From assembly GCA_027483445.1 (NCBI GenBank), contig JAIXUS010000005.1:140927-204926 (forward strand): a stretch of DNA of 64,000 nt, read 5' to 3'. Position 1 is the first letter of the stretch. The number at the start of each line of letters is the position of its first letter. A program made the position numbers and the translations under genes. The notes beneath the pieces were generated by a model. The model did no database searches. It was not told the DNA's origin and saw only the letters and a program-made list of their open reading frames with translations. Source of the DNA: Bacteroidota bacterium (lineage in GTDB: Bacteria; Bacteroidota; Bacteroidia; M30B66). This document shows, piece after piece, positions 38,710 through 49,917 of this stretch.

Positions 38710-39456
38710 TTAGAAGTTCGGACGGAACATGTATTTGTTGTAGAAGTCGTTGATTACTTTAACGGCTTCGTCAGAAGTATCCACAATGTTAAACAGGTCG
38801 AGGTCTTCGGGCGAGATGAAAGGATTTTCTTGAAGCAGCTGCTCTTTCACCCATTCAACCATACCACCCCAGAATTTTCGGCCTACAAGAACGAGTGGAA
38901 AACGAGCGATTTTATTGGTTTGAATCAGGGTGATGGCCTCGAAGAACTCGTCGAGTGTGCCGAAACCACCCGGCATGATCACAAAACCTTGGGCGTATTT
39001 CATAAACATCACCTTACGCACGAAGAAGTAGTCGAAGTTGATGATTTTATCGCGGTCGATGTATTTGTTGCCTTCCTGCTCATGCGGTAGAACGATGTTT
39101 AGTCCAACCGATTTTCCACCTCCGCGATGCGCACCACGGTTGCCGGCTTCCATAATTCCGGGGCCACCTCCGGTGATGATGCCATACCCTTCGAGGGTTA
39201 GTTTATAGGCAATTTCCTCAGCCAATATGTAATATGGGTGATCTTCCTTGAGGCGGGCCGAACCGAATATCGAAACGCAGGGTCCGATTTTACTCAGTTT
39301 TTCAAAGGCCTCCACGAACTCAGCCATAATCTTAAAGATCTGCCAAGAGTTGGTGGTTTTGATTTCGAAGGCGTCTTTTTCTTTAAAAGCTTCGATGATT
39401 TTGTCTTCGTGACGGCGATTTAGATTTTCCATGTATCTGTTATCAGTGAATATCAA
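38710..39456 (-). CDS. LOG family (TIGR00730) cytokinin riboside 5'-monophosphate phosphoribohydrolase-like protein
   Basis: Motifs VSIFGSAR, GYGIITGGGPGIMEAGNRGA and PGGFGTLDEFFE. Confidence 0.8.
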   Translation of the reverse strand: MIFTDNRYMENLNRRHEDKIIEAFKEKDAFEIKTTNSWQIFKIMAEFVEAFEKLSKIGPCVSIFGSARLKEDHPYYILAEEIAYKLTLEGYGIITGGGPGIMEAGNRGAHRGGGKSVGLNIVLPHEQEGNKYIDRDKIINFDYFFVRKVMFMKYAQGFVIMPGGFGTLDEFFEAITLIQTNKIARFPLVLVGRKFWGGMVEWVKEQLLQENPFISPEDLDLFNIVDTSDEAVKVINDFYNKYMFRPNF

Positions 39457-39462
39457 TATGTT

Positions 39463-42324
39463 TCAATCTGCATTAACGGTAGTTCCTGAAGTGGCTAATT
39501 CTTCACGCAAGAACCGGGCGGTATGGCTTATCTTGCTTTTTGCCACTTCTTCGGGCGTGCCGGTAACAAGCACTGTGCCTCCTTTTTCGCCACCCTCAGG
39601 TCCCATGTCGATGATGTAATCTGCCACTTTCACAATATCGAGGTTGTGTTCAATTATAATGACCGTATTGCCTTTATCGACCAATTTTTGAAGCACATCG
39701 AGTAACACCCGAATGTCTTCAAAATGAAGTCCCGTAGTGGGCTCATCGAGAATATACAGCGTTTTTCCGGTATCTCTTCGGCTCAGCTCGGTGGCCAGTT
39801 TTACCCGTTGAGCTTCTCCACCCGACAAGGTGGTTGACGATTGACCTAAAGCCACATACCCTAAGCCTACATCATTGAGCGTCTTTATCTTGTGTTGGAT
39901 AGACGGGATGTTCTCAAAGAACTCTACCGCTTGCTCGATGGTCATGTTGAGGACATCAGAAATCGATTTCCCTTTATACCTCACCTCTAGGGTTTCGCGG
40001 TTGTAGCGTTTTCCCTGACAGCTCGGGCACTGCACATAAACGTCGGGAAGGAAGTTCATTTCAATCACCTGCATACCACCACCGGAACAGGTTTCGCAGC
40101 GTCCACCCTTTACATTAAAGCTGAATCTTCCGGGCTTATAGCCTCGGATTGCCGCTTCCGGCAGAGAAGCGAACAGGTTTCGAATGTCGGAGAACACACC
40201 GGTATAGGTGGCCGGATTGGAGCGCGGTGTTCGTCCAATCGGACTTTGGTCGATGTCGATGACCTTGTCGATGTTTTGCAGACCTTCAATTTTCTGGTGC
40301 GGAAGTGGCTCCTTATGAGCATTGTAAAAATAACGACTCAGGGCAGGGTAGAGGGTTTCGTTAATCAAGGTTGATTTTCCACTACCTGAAACCCCAGTCA
40401 CGCAAACCATCATTCCCAGTGGGATTTCAATGCTCACATTTTTTAGATTATTTCCGCTGGCTTTCTTAATCACTAGATGCTGGCCGCTGCCTTTTCGCCT
40501 TTCGGCGGGAAGGGCTATTTCCTTTTCCTTACGAATGTATGCAGCTGTGAGGGAGTTTCCGCTTACGATATGCTCGGGACTTCCTTCAGCAATGACTCTT
40601 CCACCGTGAACCCCTGCTCCCGGACCAATGTCGATTACATGGTCGGCCGCAAGAATCATGTCTTTGTCGTGCTCTACCACTAAAACCGAGTTTCCGGCAT
40701 CGCGAAGGTCTTTCAAGGCCTTGATTAGCTTGACGTTGTCGCGCTGATGAAGCCCAATGCTGGGCTCGTCGAGAATGTAAAGAACGCCAACGAGTTTCGA
40801 GCCGATTTGTGTGGCCAAACGAATGCGTTGCGCTTCCCCGCCACTGAGGCTTCCCGCGCTGCGGTTTAACGTGAGGTAATCGAGCCCGACTTCAAGCAGG
40901 AAGCCAATTCTCGTTCTGATTTCTTTCAGTACTTCTTTGGCTATGGCGAGTTGACGACCTTCCATCCGATCCTCAACGTCATCAAACCAAGCCTGCAACG
41001 ATTCAATATCGAGGCGAGCCAATTCAGCAATATTTTTCCCGTCTATTTTAAACCAAAGTGATTCTTTTTTCAATCGGGCGCCTTCGCATTCTGGGCAAAC
41101 CACATTGTTCATGTATTCGTCGGCCCAGTTTTTTCGACCATCGTCGTTGCTGTTTTCGTGCTGTTCGGCGATGAAATTCACAATACCACCAAACTGCATG
41201 GCATAACCTCCGTGCGTGTATTGCGGATTTTTGATTTTGAGAATTTCCTCAGTGCCGTAGAGGATGGCATTGAGCGCCGCTTCTTCAATCTCTGCAACTG
41301 GGGTGTCGAGGGTAAAATGGTATTTCTCGGCGATGGCTTCAACCTGTGCGAAAATCCAGTTGTTCTTGTATTCTCCTAGTGGAACGATGCCTCCCTTGCG
41401 CAAGCTCTTTTTGGGGTCGGGAATGATTTTGGCCATGTCGACCTGCGCAATTTCTCCCAAACCGTGGCATTTGGGGCAGGCTCCGTATGGCGAGTTGAAG
41501 GAAAATAGGTTAGGCGCAGGTTCGTCGTACGAGATTCCGGTAACCGGACACATCAGAAACTTGCTGTAATGTCGGAGGCTTTCAGATTCAAGTTCAGTAA
41601 CCATCATGGCCCCTTTGCCCAATTTCATGCACAGCTTAAGCGATTCAGCGATCCGGACTTTTTGTTTTTCGCTTACTTCAATGCGGTCGACTACAATCTC
41701 GATGTCGTGAATTTTGTATCGGTCTACCTTCATTCCGAAGGAGATGTCCTGAATAACTCCATCCACACGCACCTTGATAAACCCTTGTTTTCGGATTTGC
41801 TCAAACAACTCTCTATAATGTCCTTTTCGTCCTCTTACAACCGGCGCTAACAGTGCAATGCGTTGGCCATCAAACTCTTTGATGATTAAATCTTGAATTT
41901 GCTGCTCGGTGTAGCGCACCATTTTCTCACCACTTTTATACGAATAGGCGTCTCCGGCCCGCGCAAAGAGCAGACGCATGAAATCGTAGATTTCGGTAAT
42001 GGTTCCTACTGTTGATCTCGGGTTTTTACCGGTGGTTTTTTGTTCAATAGAGATAACCGGACTCAGTCCTGTAATGCGATCTACATCAGGGCGTTCCATC
42101 GAGCCCAGGAATTGTCTGGCATAGGCTGAGAAGCTTTCGATGTAGCGCCGTTGACCTTCGGCGTAAATGGTATCGAAGGCCAGCGATGACTTACCACTTC
42201 CGCTCAGACCCGTAATCACCACGAGCTTATTGCGTGGTATGCGCACGTCGATATTTTTCAGGTTGTGCTCGCGGGCACCGTAAACCTCGATGGCGCGGTC
42301 GGTATTAGGCAAGTCTGACTTCAT
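39463..42324 (-). CDS. uvrA: Excinuclease ABC subunit A (UvrA), full length
   Basis: 953 aa with two ABC modules: Walker [15 protein letters not shown] and [14 protein letters not shown]. Signature [18 protein letters not shown], zinc-finger Cys clusters and the conserved N-terminus [28 protein letters not shown]. Confidence 0.95.
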   Translation of the reverse strand: MKSDLPNTDRAIEVYGAREHNLKNIDVRIPRNKLVVITGLSGSGKSSLAFDTIYAEGQRRYIESFSAYARQFLGSMERPDVDRITGLSPVISIEQKTTGKNPRSTVGTITEIYDFMRLLFARAGDAYSYKSGEKMVRYTEQQIQDLIIKEFDGQRIALLAPVVRGRKGHYRELFEQIRKQGFIKVRVDGVIQDISFGMKVDRYKIHDIEIVVDRIEVSEKQKVRIAESLKLCMKLGKGAMMVTELESESLRHYSKFLMCPVTGISYDEPAPNLFSFNSPYGACPKCHGLGEIAQVDMAKIIPDPKKSLRKGGIVPLGEYKNNWIFAQVEAIAEKYHFTLDTPVAEIEEAALNAILYGTEEILKIKNPQYTHGGYAMQFGGIVNFIAEQHENSNDDGRKNWADEYMNNVVCPECEGARLKKESLWFKIDGKNIAELARLDIESLQAWFDDVEDRMEGRQLAIAKEVLKEIRTRIGFLLEVGLDYLTLNRSAGSLSGGEAQRIRLATQIGSKLVGVLYILDEPSIGLHQRDNVKLIKALKDLRDAGNSVLVVEHDKDMILAADHVIDIGPGAGVHGGRVIAEGSPEHIVSGNSLTAAYIRKEKEIALPAERRKGSGQHLVIKKASGNNLKNVSIEIPLGMMVCVTGVSGSGKSTLINETLYPALSRYFYNAHKEPLPHQKIEGLQNIDKVIDIDQSPIGRTPRSNPATYTGVFSDIRNLFASLPEAAIRGYKPGRFSFNVKGGRCETCSGGGMQVIEMNFLPDVYVQCPSCQGKRYNRETLEVRYKGKSISDVLNMTIEQAVEFFENIPSIQHKIKTLNDVGLGYVALGQSSTTLSGGEAQRVKLATELSRRDTGKTLYILDEPTTGLHFEDIRVLLDVLQKLVDKGNTVIIIEHNLDIVKVADYIIDMGPEGGEKGGTVLVTGTPEEVAKSKISHTARFLREELATSGTTVNAD

Positions 42325-42382
42325 GGTTTAAGGAACGGCAAAAGTAGCCAAATTGTTGATGATGTAAGGGGTGGAATGACTA

Positions 42383-43369
42383 TTGGAATCGTGTATATTC
42401 GCAGTGATGATTCGGGTTTTTCCCTTGTTGCTGATGCTGCTGTTTCCTATTCGTTGGGAGCTCAATAGCTTGCCTGTAATCAATGGAAAGTCTCGGTTTT
42501 CCTTATTTCCCGAACCATCGCCAATTTGGAAAGAAGCAAGTTTGCGCATTCCTTTTCGGTTTTCCGGTAATCTTATGTTGGTCGAGTTAAGTGTGGATAG
42601 TATTCGCGGCGATTTCATCCTCGATACCGGAGCTCCTCACTTAGTCCTCAACAAAACCTATTTTCGTTCATACCCTCGATTTGGCGAGGTACTGGCCTCC
42701 GGAGTGAGCGTGGCCGGAAATGTGGGCAATCAAACCCGTATTGGCAAACTCGATTTTGGTGGACTTGAGTTTAATGCAGTGGATGCCGACATGGTTCCTC
42801 TCGGGCATTTGGAAAGTACAACAGGTACGCCCATTTACGGATTGATTGGGTTGAATTTACTCGCTCGCTTGGAGCTGAATATTGATTTTGAAGCCGGTTT
42901 TTTGGAGTTTTTCCCGGTGAACCGTCGAGGTGAACGGATGGTTCCAGCCGCAGCCGATAGTGCTGATGTTGAATTGAATATGACCGGAAGCAACAGGCAG
43001 CTTTTTGTGGATGGCAGTATCGGGGGCAAAATGCTGAGGTATTGCCTCGATACCGGTGCAGAGACTAATCTGCTCCACAATCAACTCAGCAACAAGGTGA
43101 TGCAAAATGTACAGCTGATAAAACGTACGAGCATCACCGGAAGCACAGGCAAGGTTTCGGAAGCAGTTTTGGGGCGCATTGGTTCTATGCAGTTTGGAAA
43201 CCAGGGTTATCCCGGCTTGCCGGCAGTAATTTTAGATTTAAACCCCTTGAAAGCCGCTTTTCAAGAAGGGTTCGACGGGGTGCTGGGCATGGATTTTTTG
43301 TACCGCCATCGAAGGATGGTGATTAACTTGAGTCAACGTAAAGTAAGATTATGGAAGCGCGCGGACTAG
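42383..43369 (+). CDS. Secreted single-chain tandem retropepsin-like aspartyl protease (two DTG domains)
   Basis: Two Asp-Thr-Gly active-site motifs: ILDTGAPHLVLN (~aa 80) and CLDTGAETNLLH (~aa 215). Hydrophobic N-terminal signal. The start may be the internal Met at 42407. Confidence 0.65.
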   Translation: MESCIFAVMIRVFPLLLMLLFPIRWELNSLPVINGKSRFSLFPEPSPIWKEASLRIPFRFSGNLMLVELSVDSIRGDFILDTGAPHLVLNKTYFRSYPRFGEVLASGVSVAGNVGNQTRIGKLDFGGLEFNAVDADMVPLGHLESTTGTPIYGLIGLNLLARLELNIDFEAGFLEFFPVNRRGERMVPAAADSADVELNMTGSNRQLFVDGSIGGKMLRYCLDTGAETNLLHNQLSNKVMQNVQLIKRTSITGSTGKVSEAVLGRIGSMQFGNQGYPGLPAVILDLNPLKAAFQEGFDGVLGMDFLYRHRRMVINLSQRKVRLWKRAD

Positions 43370-44805
43370 GAATTTGGACATGGGTTTTTTGCTTTTTTCT
43401 TTGCGTGAGTGGCTTAAACGCTCAAAGCGACCCGGTTTGTTACATCGCGAATGGGAAATTGGTGGTTGAAATTCCTTCTCCTTACTCACAGCGTGCGCTC
43501 GACAGTTTGATTGCTGATTTCGACATGAATGGTCCTGAATTGCGACAAGCTCTGGCAACAGGCCGTTGGGATTATTTTCAGCAGAATGGATGGAAGGTTA
43601 AAACTTACCGAAATGGGAAGGTTAGGCTGCGTCGAAACTTCTATTCGTACCGAGGCGATTTGGACGACTGGCTGTCGATGATGTTTGTGAACAACAAGTA
43701 TAATCCATTTCAGCCCGGCATTCCTTACATGGATGCGCCTTACGGAGTGAATCGGTTTAACCGCAAGCGTTCCGTTTGGCAAACCGGCGATTCTACGGCT
43801 GTTTTTGTTTTGCACGATTATAAAGATGCCCGCGAGGTATTGCTTTCCGGAAGCTTTAATGGCTGGAAGACCGCCGAAGACAAGATGCTAAAAACCGATA
43901 GTGGGTGGGTAATTCAGAAAAAACTGAGACCAGGAAAGCACTTGTATAAGTTTATTGTTGATGGAGCCTGGAAGCCGGATCCTCAGAATTTACTGGAGGA
44001 AACGGACGGTTACATGGGCGAGAATTCAATTTATTATCAGACCAATACCCGGTTTTCGCTTGCCGGGTTTACCGATCGAAGTGAGTTTTACCTCAGCGGC
44101 GATTTTTGTGGTTGGAAGGAGCGCGAAATTCCGATGACGAAGCTGAGCAATGGTTGGGAGTGTTCTGTGTTTTTGGTGGATGGCACCTATCAATATAAGT
44201 ATACTTCCGGTGGGTTTTGGGTGGAAGACAAGGGCAATCCGCTGAAGGTGAACGATAACAACGGAGGTTTCAATTCGATAATCCAAAAGGGAGAGCCTGT
44301 GGTGTTTAGGTTGAAAGGATTTATGGAGGCGAAGAATGTCTATTTATCAGGCTCGTTTGTGAATTGGAATCCCAATGGTATTGCCATGGCACGCGTTGCA
44401 GATGGATGGGAGGCCCAATACGTTCCCGGAAAGGGCACGCATTATTACAAGTTTGTGGTGGATGGTAAATGGATGGTTGACCCGGCATCAGCCGATTCGA
44501 TTGATGATGGAATGGGCAATCGGAATTCATACCTGATTCACCAACCGAATCATGAGTTTGTGCTGAAAGGCTTTAGTGAAGCCAGGGAAGTCATCCTCTC
44601 CGGAACCTTCAACCACTGGACAGAATCGGGATTTCGAATGAAAAGAGAGGGAAATGTTTGGAAATTAGCGTTATACCTTCCGCCCGGGAAGCACCTTTAC
44701 AAGTTTATTATTGATGGTAAGTGGACATTAGACCCCGGCAATACACTGTGGGAAGACAACGAGGTGGGTACGGGCAATTCGATTCTTTGGGTGTATGATT
44801 ATTGA
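43351..44805 (+). CDS. Secreted protein with four tandem CBM48 / AMPK-beta-like glycogen-binding (E-set) domains
   Basis: Four repeats of the LSGSFNGW...KHLYKF(I/V)VDGKW..DP.N block. Signal peptide. The gene overlaps the aspartyl protease gene by 19 nt. Confidence 0.65.
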   Translation: MEARGLGIWTWVFCFFLCVSGLNAQSDPVCYIANGKLVVEIPSPYSQRALDSLIADFDMNGPELRQALATGRWDYFQQNGWKVKTYRNGKVRLRRNFYSYRGDLDDWLSMMFVNNKYNPFQPGIPYMDAPYGVNRFNRKRSVWQTGDSTAVFVLHDYKDAREVLLSGSFNGWKTAEDKMLKTDSGWVIQKKLRPGKHLYKFIVDGAWKPDPQNLLEETDGYMGENSIYYQTNTRFSLAGFTDRSEFYLSGDFCGWKEREIPMTKLSNGWECSVFLVDGTYQYKYTSGGFWVEDKGNPLKVNDNNGGFNSIIQKGEPVVFRLKGFMEAKNVYLSGSFVNWNPNGIAMARVADGWEAQYVPGKGTHYYKFVVDGKWMVDPASADSIDDGMGNRNSYLIHQPNHEFVLKGFSEAREVILSGTFNHWTESGFRMKREGNVWKLALYLPPGKHLYKFIIDGKWTLDPGNTLWEDNEVGTGNSILWVYDY

Positions 44806-45839
44806 GCCGGTGGGATGACCGTATCGCGTTGTCCGTTTTTCTCTTCCATGGCTTCGGCTTCCTTCACGAGTGCTTTGTGGTTTTTTGCGTTTTCGCTGGG
44901 AACAAGAATCGAAAATCGTTTTTTCTCCGGATTGCTCAACTTGTCGCCCTTCAGCCAAGGATTATAATAGCGGAGGAGCTTATAATTCGTACCTAACTTT
45001 TGGGCAAAATCGGGGAGGCTGTTGATGGTTGAGTCGATAACCATCACTTTTCCGGGCAGGGCGGGGTAAAGGTCTTTCTTTCTCAGAATGAATCCGTACT
45101 GGGCAGGATTGCTAAGGATTTCCTTCATGGCCAGCACTCTAAAAATATACCTTCCGGTTTCTTCATTGAGCAGAAGGTCGTAGTATGAATTCACCTTCTG
45201 ACGCTCAAGCTGTTTTTGAATACCGGTAATTCCGAGGTTAAACGATGCTGCGACGAGTGTCCAGTTACCAAACGTTTTGTATGATTCTTTAAAGAGCTTG
45301 CAGGCTGCTTCCGTGGATTTCTCAAAGTGGTATCGCTCGTCAATTTCCTCGCTGATGGTTAATCCATACCCCTGAGCGGTGGAAGGAATAAACTGCCAGA
45401 AACCTGCGGCGCCTTTGGGAGAAACGTTGAATTGAAATCCGCTTTCAACGACTGCGAGGTATTTAAAATCGTCGGGAATACCATGTTTTTTGAGGATTCG
45501 CGAGATTGCCGGCAGCCAACGGTTTGCACGTTTGATGAGCAGTAAGGTTTGCGATTGCCAATAGGTGTTAATCAGAAATTCACGATCGAGCCTTTCACGT
45601 ACTTCAAAATCTTCAACGGGTGCTGGCTCACCGCTAAAGTTCAAATCGTGCGGAATGTTTACCGCGTAAATCCGGTAATGGTCTTTGAAGTATTTCTGGT
45701 AGAGATCGTCATCAGACCCCACCTTACCTGAGAAAGTGAACAACCGAAGCATTCCCAGCGCGACGAGCAGAAGGCTGAGTGAAATCAGGGCTTTGAAGAA
45801 ACCCGAGGGTGGTTTTACAAATCGTTTAAGCAGATTCAC
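44799..45839 (-). CDS. Lytic transglycosylase (SLT domain) family protein, membrane anchored
   Basis: SLT catalytic block YLAVVESGFQFNVSPKGAAGFWQF with the catalytic Glu in ESG. N-terminal transmembrane anchor. Confidence 0.75.
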   Translation of the reverse strand: MNLLKRFVKPPSGFFKALISLSLLLVALGMLRLFTFSGKVGSDDDLYQKYFKDHYRIYAVNIPHDLNFSGEPAPVEDFEVRERLDREFLINTYWQSQTLLLIKRANRWLPAISRILKKHGIPDDFKYLAVVESGFQFNVSPKGAAGFWQFIPSTAQGYGLTISEEIDERYHFEKSTEAACKLFKESYKTFGNWTLVAASFNLGITGIQKQLERQKVNSYYDLLLNEETGRYIFRVLAMKEILSNPAQYGFILRKKDLYPALPGKVMVIDSTINSLPDFAQKLGTNYKLLRYYNPWLKGDKLSNPEKKRFSILVPSENAKNHKALVKEAEAMEEKNGQRDTVIPPAQ

Positions 45840-46921
45840 GCTTTCGGTTTGGGTTTGCTAATTCGGGTTGTTGAGTAAAGCGAACCCAGAATTAACGCAA
45901 ATAGACCTCCACATATTACGGAATAAGTTGTGTTCCAGTTACGAATATTGTTCATTACAAAAATGCCAACTACCATCGCCAACATTGAAATGGCAATCAT
46001 GACTATTGCTACCTGTCGATCGCTTAAACCGGCATACGAAAGATGATGCGTGGTATGGTCTCTACCGCCTACAAAAGGAGATTTTCCTTTTAAAAGGCGA
46101 TTGATTGACACTGTTGTGGTGTCGCTGATGGGAACTACGAAAACAAGAATTGCAACGATCAATTGACGCAGGGAGTCGAACTCTCCGTAATAATTGGGGG
46201 CGTTCCAAAAGTACTCGATGCCAATCCCAGCGAGAAACACACCAAGGAATTGTGAACCGGAGTCGCCCATGTACATTCGCGAAGGGTTCCAGTTGTAATA
46301 GAGAAAACCAAGCAGGGCTGAAACAACGCCGAGTAACAAGATTAAATCGAGGTTGATTGACGTGCCGCGGAAGGCAAAGCTCATAATGGCGCCCACACAA
46401 ATCACTACTGAAACCGAGGTGGTGATGGCATCCATGTTATCGAGCATATTCACCGAATTCATCAGGCCAACGACCCAGAAAAAGGTGATGAATACATTCA
46501 AGCCTTCCCAGGGAAAGATGTGAATTACATTGTCGCTAAGTACAAAAGAAGCCCCGCAGATAAACTGCACGAGGAATTTCATAAATGGTTTGGTGTTGTA
46601 GGCATCGTCGGCCAAACCCATGAGAAACCCGAGCGATACAGAGAGGAAAAATCCAAGGAAACGCTTGTTGAGTAGCATTTCCTGATTCGGGAAGAAGATG
46701 GTAAAGAAAACGATCGAAAGCAGAAAAATCAGGTAGAATGAAATTCCGCCAAGGGCAGGTTTTGTGGTTGAGGCCCAACGAATTTGTTCGAATTCGTTTT
46801 TGGTGCCCATGCTTCTGGAAAATTTTAGCAATAAGCCATTCACCAGAATCGACAGTGCTACCATCACAGCGATGAAAGTGGTGAGCAATATGGAGAAGGT
46901 GAAGTTACCGAGTTCCAACAT
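45836..46921 (-). CDS. UDP-GlcNAc:undecaprenyl-phosphate GlcNAc-1-phosphate transferase (WecA/MraY-like glycosyltransferase family 4)
   Basis: Polytopic membrane protein with the MraY/WecA motifs NSVNMLDNMDA and MGDSGSQFLG. Confidence 0.8.
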   Translation of the reverse strand: MLELGNFTFSILLTTFIAVMVALSILVNGLLLKFSRSMGTKNEFEQIRWASTTKPALGGISFYLIFLLSIVFFTIFFPNQEMLLNKRFLGFFLSVSLGFLMGLADDAYNTKPFMKFLVQFICGASFVLSDNVIHIFPWEGLNVFITFFWVVGLMNSVNMLDNMDAITTSVSVVICVGAIMSFAFRGTSINLDLILLLGVVSALLGFLYYNWNPSRMYMGDSGSQFLGVFLAGIGIEYFWNAPNYYGEFDSLRQLIVAILVFVVPISDTTTVSINRLLKGKSPFVGGRDHTTHHLSYAGLSDRQVAIVMIAISMLAMVVGIFVMNNIRNWNTTYSVICGGLFALILGSLYSTTRISKPKPKA

Positions 46922-46923
46922 GG

Positions 46924-47487
46924 TTAAAGAGGCTGTGGGTTATATTGAAACGGAGAGTTAAAATCTGCCAGAAATGGGTTGTTCCGGTCTTTTTCTGAGA
47001 GTAGCGGATCATGAATTCCCCAATCGATGTTGAGTTGTGGATCGTCCCAAGCAATTCCGTTTTCGAGGGGCTTGTTGTAAAAATTGCCGCATTTATAACT
47101 AAAAACGGTGTTGTCGTGAAGCGTTAGAAACCCATGTGCAAAGCCAACGGGTATATAAAGCATGAGCTTGTTTTTTTCGTTAAGTTCAGTTGCATAGTGC
47201 TTTCCGAAAGTAGGTGATCCTATGCGAATATCTACGGCAACATCAAGTACTGCCCCTTGAATAACTCTAACAAGTTTGGATTGCGCGGCCTCAGCAACCT
47301 GAAAATGCAAACCTCTTAAAACACCTTTTTGTGAGAGGCTTTGGTTGTCCTGAACAAAATGGTCATGAATTCCGGCATCCTGAAAGGCTTTTGCGTTATA
47401 CGACTCAAAGAAATAGCCTCTCGGATCTTCGAAAACAGTTGGATGAATCAGGAAAAGGTCGGGTATAAAAGTCTTTTCAATACGCAT
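46924..47487 (-). CDS. rfbC: dTDP-4-dehydrorhamnose 3,5-epimerase
   Basis: The RmlC cupin N-terminus (IPDLFLIHPTVFEDPRGYFFESYN, GLHFQ) is present. 187 aa. Confidence 0.85.
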   Translation of the reverse strand: MRIEKTFIPDLFLIHPTVFEDPRGYFFESYNAKAFQDAGIHDHFVQDNQSLSQKGVLRGLHFQVAEAAQSKLVRVIQGAVLDVAVDIRIGSPTFGKHYATELNEKNKLMLYIPVGFAHGFLTLHDNTVFSYKCGNFYNKPLENGIAWDDPQLNIDWGIHDPLLSEKDRNNPFLADFNSPFQYNPQPL

Positions 47488-49917
47488 TTACTTGTTGATT
47501 AGTTTTCGGAAGAACTCTTTCAAACTGAATCGCTCGCGGCGGATGTCTTCGTCGTAATAGCCAAAACCATAACCATAACCATAGCCATAGTCATAGTCGT
47601 ACACACCACTGTAGCCATAACCAGAACGCTTAATGTCGACAGAGTTAAGGATGATGGACAGGTTTTTAATGTTATTGTCGCGAATGAGTTTCTTCACGTT
47701 CTGCACGAAATTTCGTTTTGAAAAATTCTCGCGAAAAACGTAAATCGGATAATCGGCCATTTTGATGATTTTAATACCATCGGTAACAAGCCCTACGGGC
47801 GGATTATCGATTACAATTAAATCATACATTTTCTTCAGCTCTTCGATAATATCGGCCATTTTCGAGCTGATGATTAGTTCTGAAGGGTTAGGAGGAACGG
47901 GCCCTGCCGTGATGAAATCGAGATTGGTGAGCGACGATTTGAATACGCAATCCGCAATAGAGTTTCGTCCAATCAGGATGGTACTCATGCCTTTATCGTT
48001 AGGAACCCCAAATCCGACGTGGATTTTAGGTTTACGCATGTCAAGGTCGAGAATAATTACCCTTTTCTCAGAAAACGCAATAATACCCGCCAGATTCAAA
48101 GCCACAAAGGTTTTTCCTTCACCCGAAATGGTTGAGGTAATGGCTAATACTTTAGGTTCGTTGCTGGGGGAAAGAAATTCTAAATTGGAGCGAATCGAAC
48201 GTAACGATTCTGCAATAATTGATTTGGGTTTTTTATCAACCAAAAGCTGAGAAATGGGAATGACATCCTTGTAATTTGGAACGATTCCCAACAGCGGAAC
48301 ATCAAGATACTTCATGATTTCGTTCATGGAAGTAATCTCGTTGTAAAGCAGGTAGCGGATAACAATGATAATTAAACTGGCTACAATCCAACCAATCAGG
48401 GCACTTAGAGCTACAATTTTGCGACTTGGAAAATAAGGTGCTGCCGGTGTTGATGAAAGTTCGAGCACTGTATTTTCTGAGGTGATACCGGCATTGGCAA
48501 TCGCAAGTTCAGATTTAATTTCAACGAGGCGATTGTAGTAGTTTTCGTTGATGGCGTTAAGTTTCTGAAGTCTAACGAATTCAATTCGGTCGAATGTTAA
48601 TGCACTCTTCCGTATTTCATCTTCATAACTATTAATGCGTTGCTCAACCTCTGTTTTTTGGTCGTACAAGCTTCTCTTCAACGACGATAATGTTTCCATG
48701 ATCAATTTCCGCTGAATTGAAATCTGGTAATCGATGTAGGAAATTTTGGAAGAGTTTTGCGTAGAGCTGTATAGCGCGTTGGAACGTTTTTGCAGAAGAC
48801 CTTTCAGCTCGTCGAGCATGGTTTTAAGTGTTCCCTGCACTTCGGTTCCGGCCAACAAAGAGACCAATTGATACACATCAATGTCTTTATCCTGATTTAC
48901 CGATTTTTCTATCGTATTCAGTCCGGCCTCGTCAAGCTGGAGTTGATTTAACTTCTCCTCCAAATCATTTATACGCGTTGAAAAATCTGGAAGCGGAGTT
49001 TCATCATTGAGTTTATTTGCGGTTTTGAAATTTTGTAAATCTACTTCGCTATCATAGAGTTTATCGTAGACAACCTTTAATTGTTCATCGATAAATCGGA
49101 TAGTATTATTGGCAGATTCCGCCTGTTTTTCGATATCGTATATTTTGAATTCTTCGGCAATACTGTTGCAGATATCGGTGGCTTTGAAGGGGTTTCGTTC
49201 GTAATATTGAACTTTTATGGTTCCTGCGGCCTCATTTTCCTTATCCACTTTCAGATTGCCTGAATACGTTCTTACTAAGTTTTCTCGCTTGGTTAAAATG
49301 AAGTAATACGGGTAATCATTGAGCCCTCTGAGGTCATTTCGAATTTTATCAAAGTTTTTTGTTTTGATGAAAATTGAGTCAATAATTGGGAGCCTTTTCC
49401 ACGTGTTTGTTCTGAGTCGAAAAACAGTCTCTTTGTTGTTTAGGTTGGTTTTGAGGGTTACGTTATTTTCATCAGCGAACAGCACATAAACAGGAACATT
49501 ATAAAGCTCGTTAATGGGTTTTCTATATTCTATTTCAAAGGGCGATGTTTTGTACATCTCATAATTCAACACGTTACCAATTTGGTAATAGCTAATGTCT
49601 AATGGTAATTTATTAAATACCCTGTCGAGAAATGTAGCCGATTTAAGCAGTTCTATTTTTGAGGAAAGATCGCGTTGGGCCTTAAATTCGTCGCCAAGCA
49701 GCATTTTTGAATTTTTATCTGCCAGGGTGATTTGAATGATGGTTTTGGCTTCAAAAATGGGATAGGTGTATCGTAAGTAAAGGAATGCCATCAGAAAGGC
49801 AATCACAAAAAATAGAAGTATCCAGGCGATGTTCTTTCTCAGTACTTTGAGAAAAAGTCTGAAGTCGAAATCATCATTTAAATTCGATATTTTACGGTCC
49901 ACCATCTCTCGATCCAA
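47488..49917 (-). CDS. Polysaccharide co-polymerase / BY-kinase (Wzc-like tyrosine autokinase) with C-terminal tyrosine cluster
   Basis: N-terminal Wzz-like periplasmic domain sits between two transmembrane segments. The C-terminal P-loop ATPase carries Walker A TSTISGEGKT. The Tyr-rich tail is SGYGYSGVYDYDYGYGYGYGFGYYDED. Confidence 0.85.
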   Translation of the reverse strand: MDREMVDRKISNLNDDFDFRLFLKVLRKNIAWILLFFVIAFLMAFLYLRYTYPIFEAKTIIQITLADKNSKMLLGDEFKAQRDLSSKIELLKSATFLDRVFNKLPLDISYYQIGNVLNYEMYKTSPFEIEYRKPINELYNVPVYVLFADENNVTLKTNLNNKETVFRLRTNTWKRLPIIDSIFIKTKNFDKIRNDLRGLNDYPYYFILTKRENLVRTYSGNLKVDKENEAAGTIKVQYYERNPFKATDICNSIAEEFKIYDIEKQAESANNTIRFIDEQLKVVYDKLYDSEVDLQNFKTANKLNDETPLPDFSTRINDLEEKLNQLQLDEAGLNTIEKSVNQDKDIDVYQLVSLLAGTEVQGTLKTMLDELKGLLQKRSNALYSSTQNSSKISYIDYQISIQRKLIMETLSSLKRSLYDQKTEVEQRINSYEDEIRKSALTFDRIEFVRLQKLNAINENYYNRLVEIKSELAIANAGITSENTVLELSSTPAAPYFPSRKIVALSALIGWIVASLIIIVIRYLLYNEITSMNEIMKYLDVPLLGIVPNYKDVIPISQLLVDKKPKSIIAESLRSIRSNLEFLSPSNEPKVLAITSTISGEGKTFVALNLAGIIAFSEKRVIILDLDMRKPKIHVGFGVPNDKGMSTILIGRNSIADCVFKSSLTNLDFITAGPVPPNPSELIISSKMADIIEELKKMYDLIVIDNPPVGLVTDGIKIIKMADYPIYVFRENFSKRNFVQNVKKLIRDNNIKNLSIILNSVDIKRSGYGYSGVYDYDYGYGYGYGFGYYDEDIRRERFSLKEFFRKLINK

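Noticed and set aside
39463-42324. UvrA as a possible defence-associated UvrA paralog
   Set aside because: It is full-length at 953 aa with both ABC modules, zinc-finger clusters and the UvrB-binding region. This is canonical housekeeping uvrA, flanked by a LOG-family gene and not by nucleases or other defence genes.
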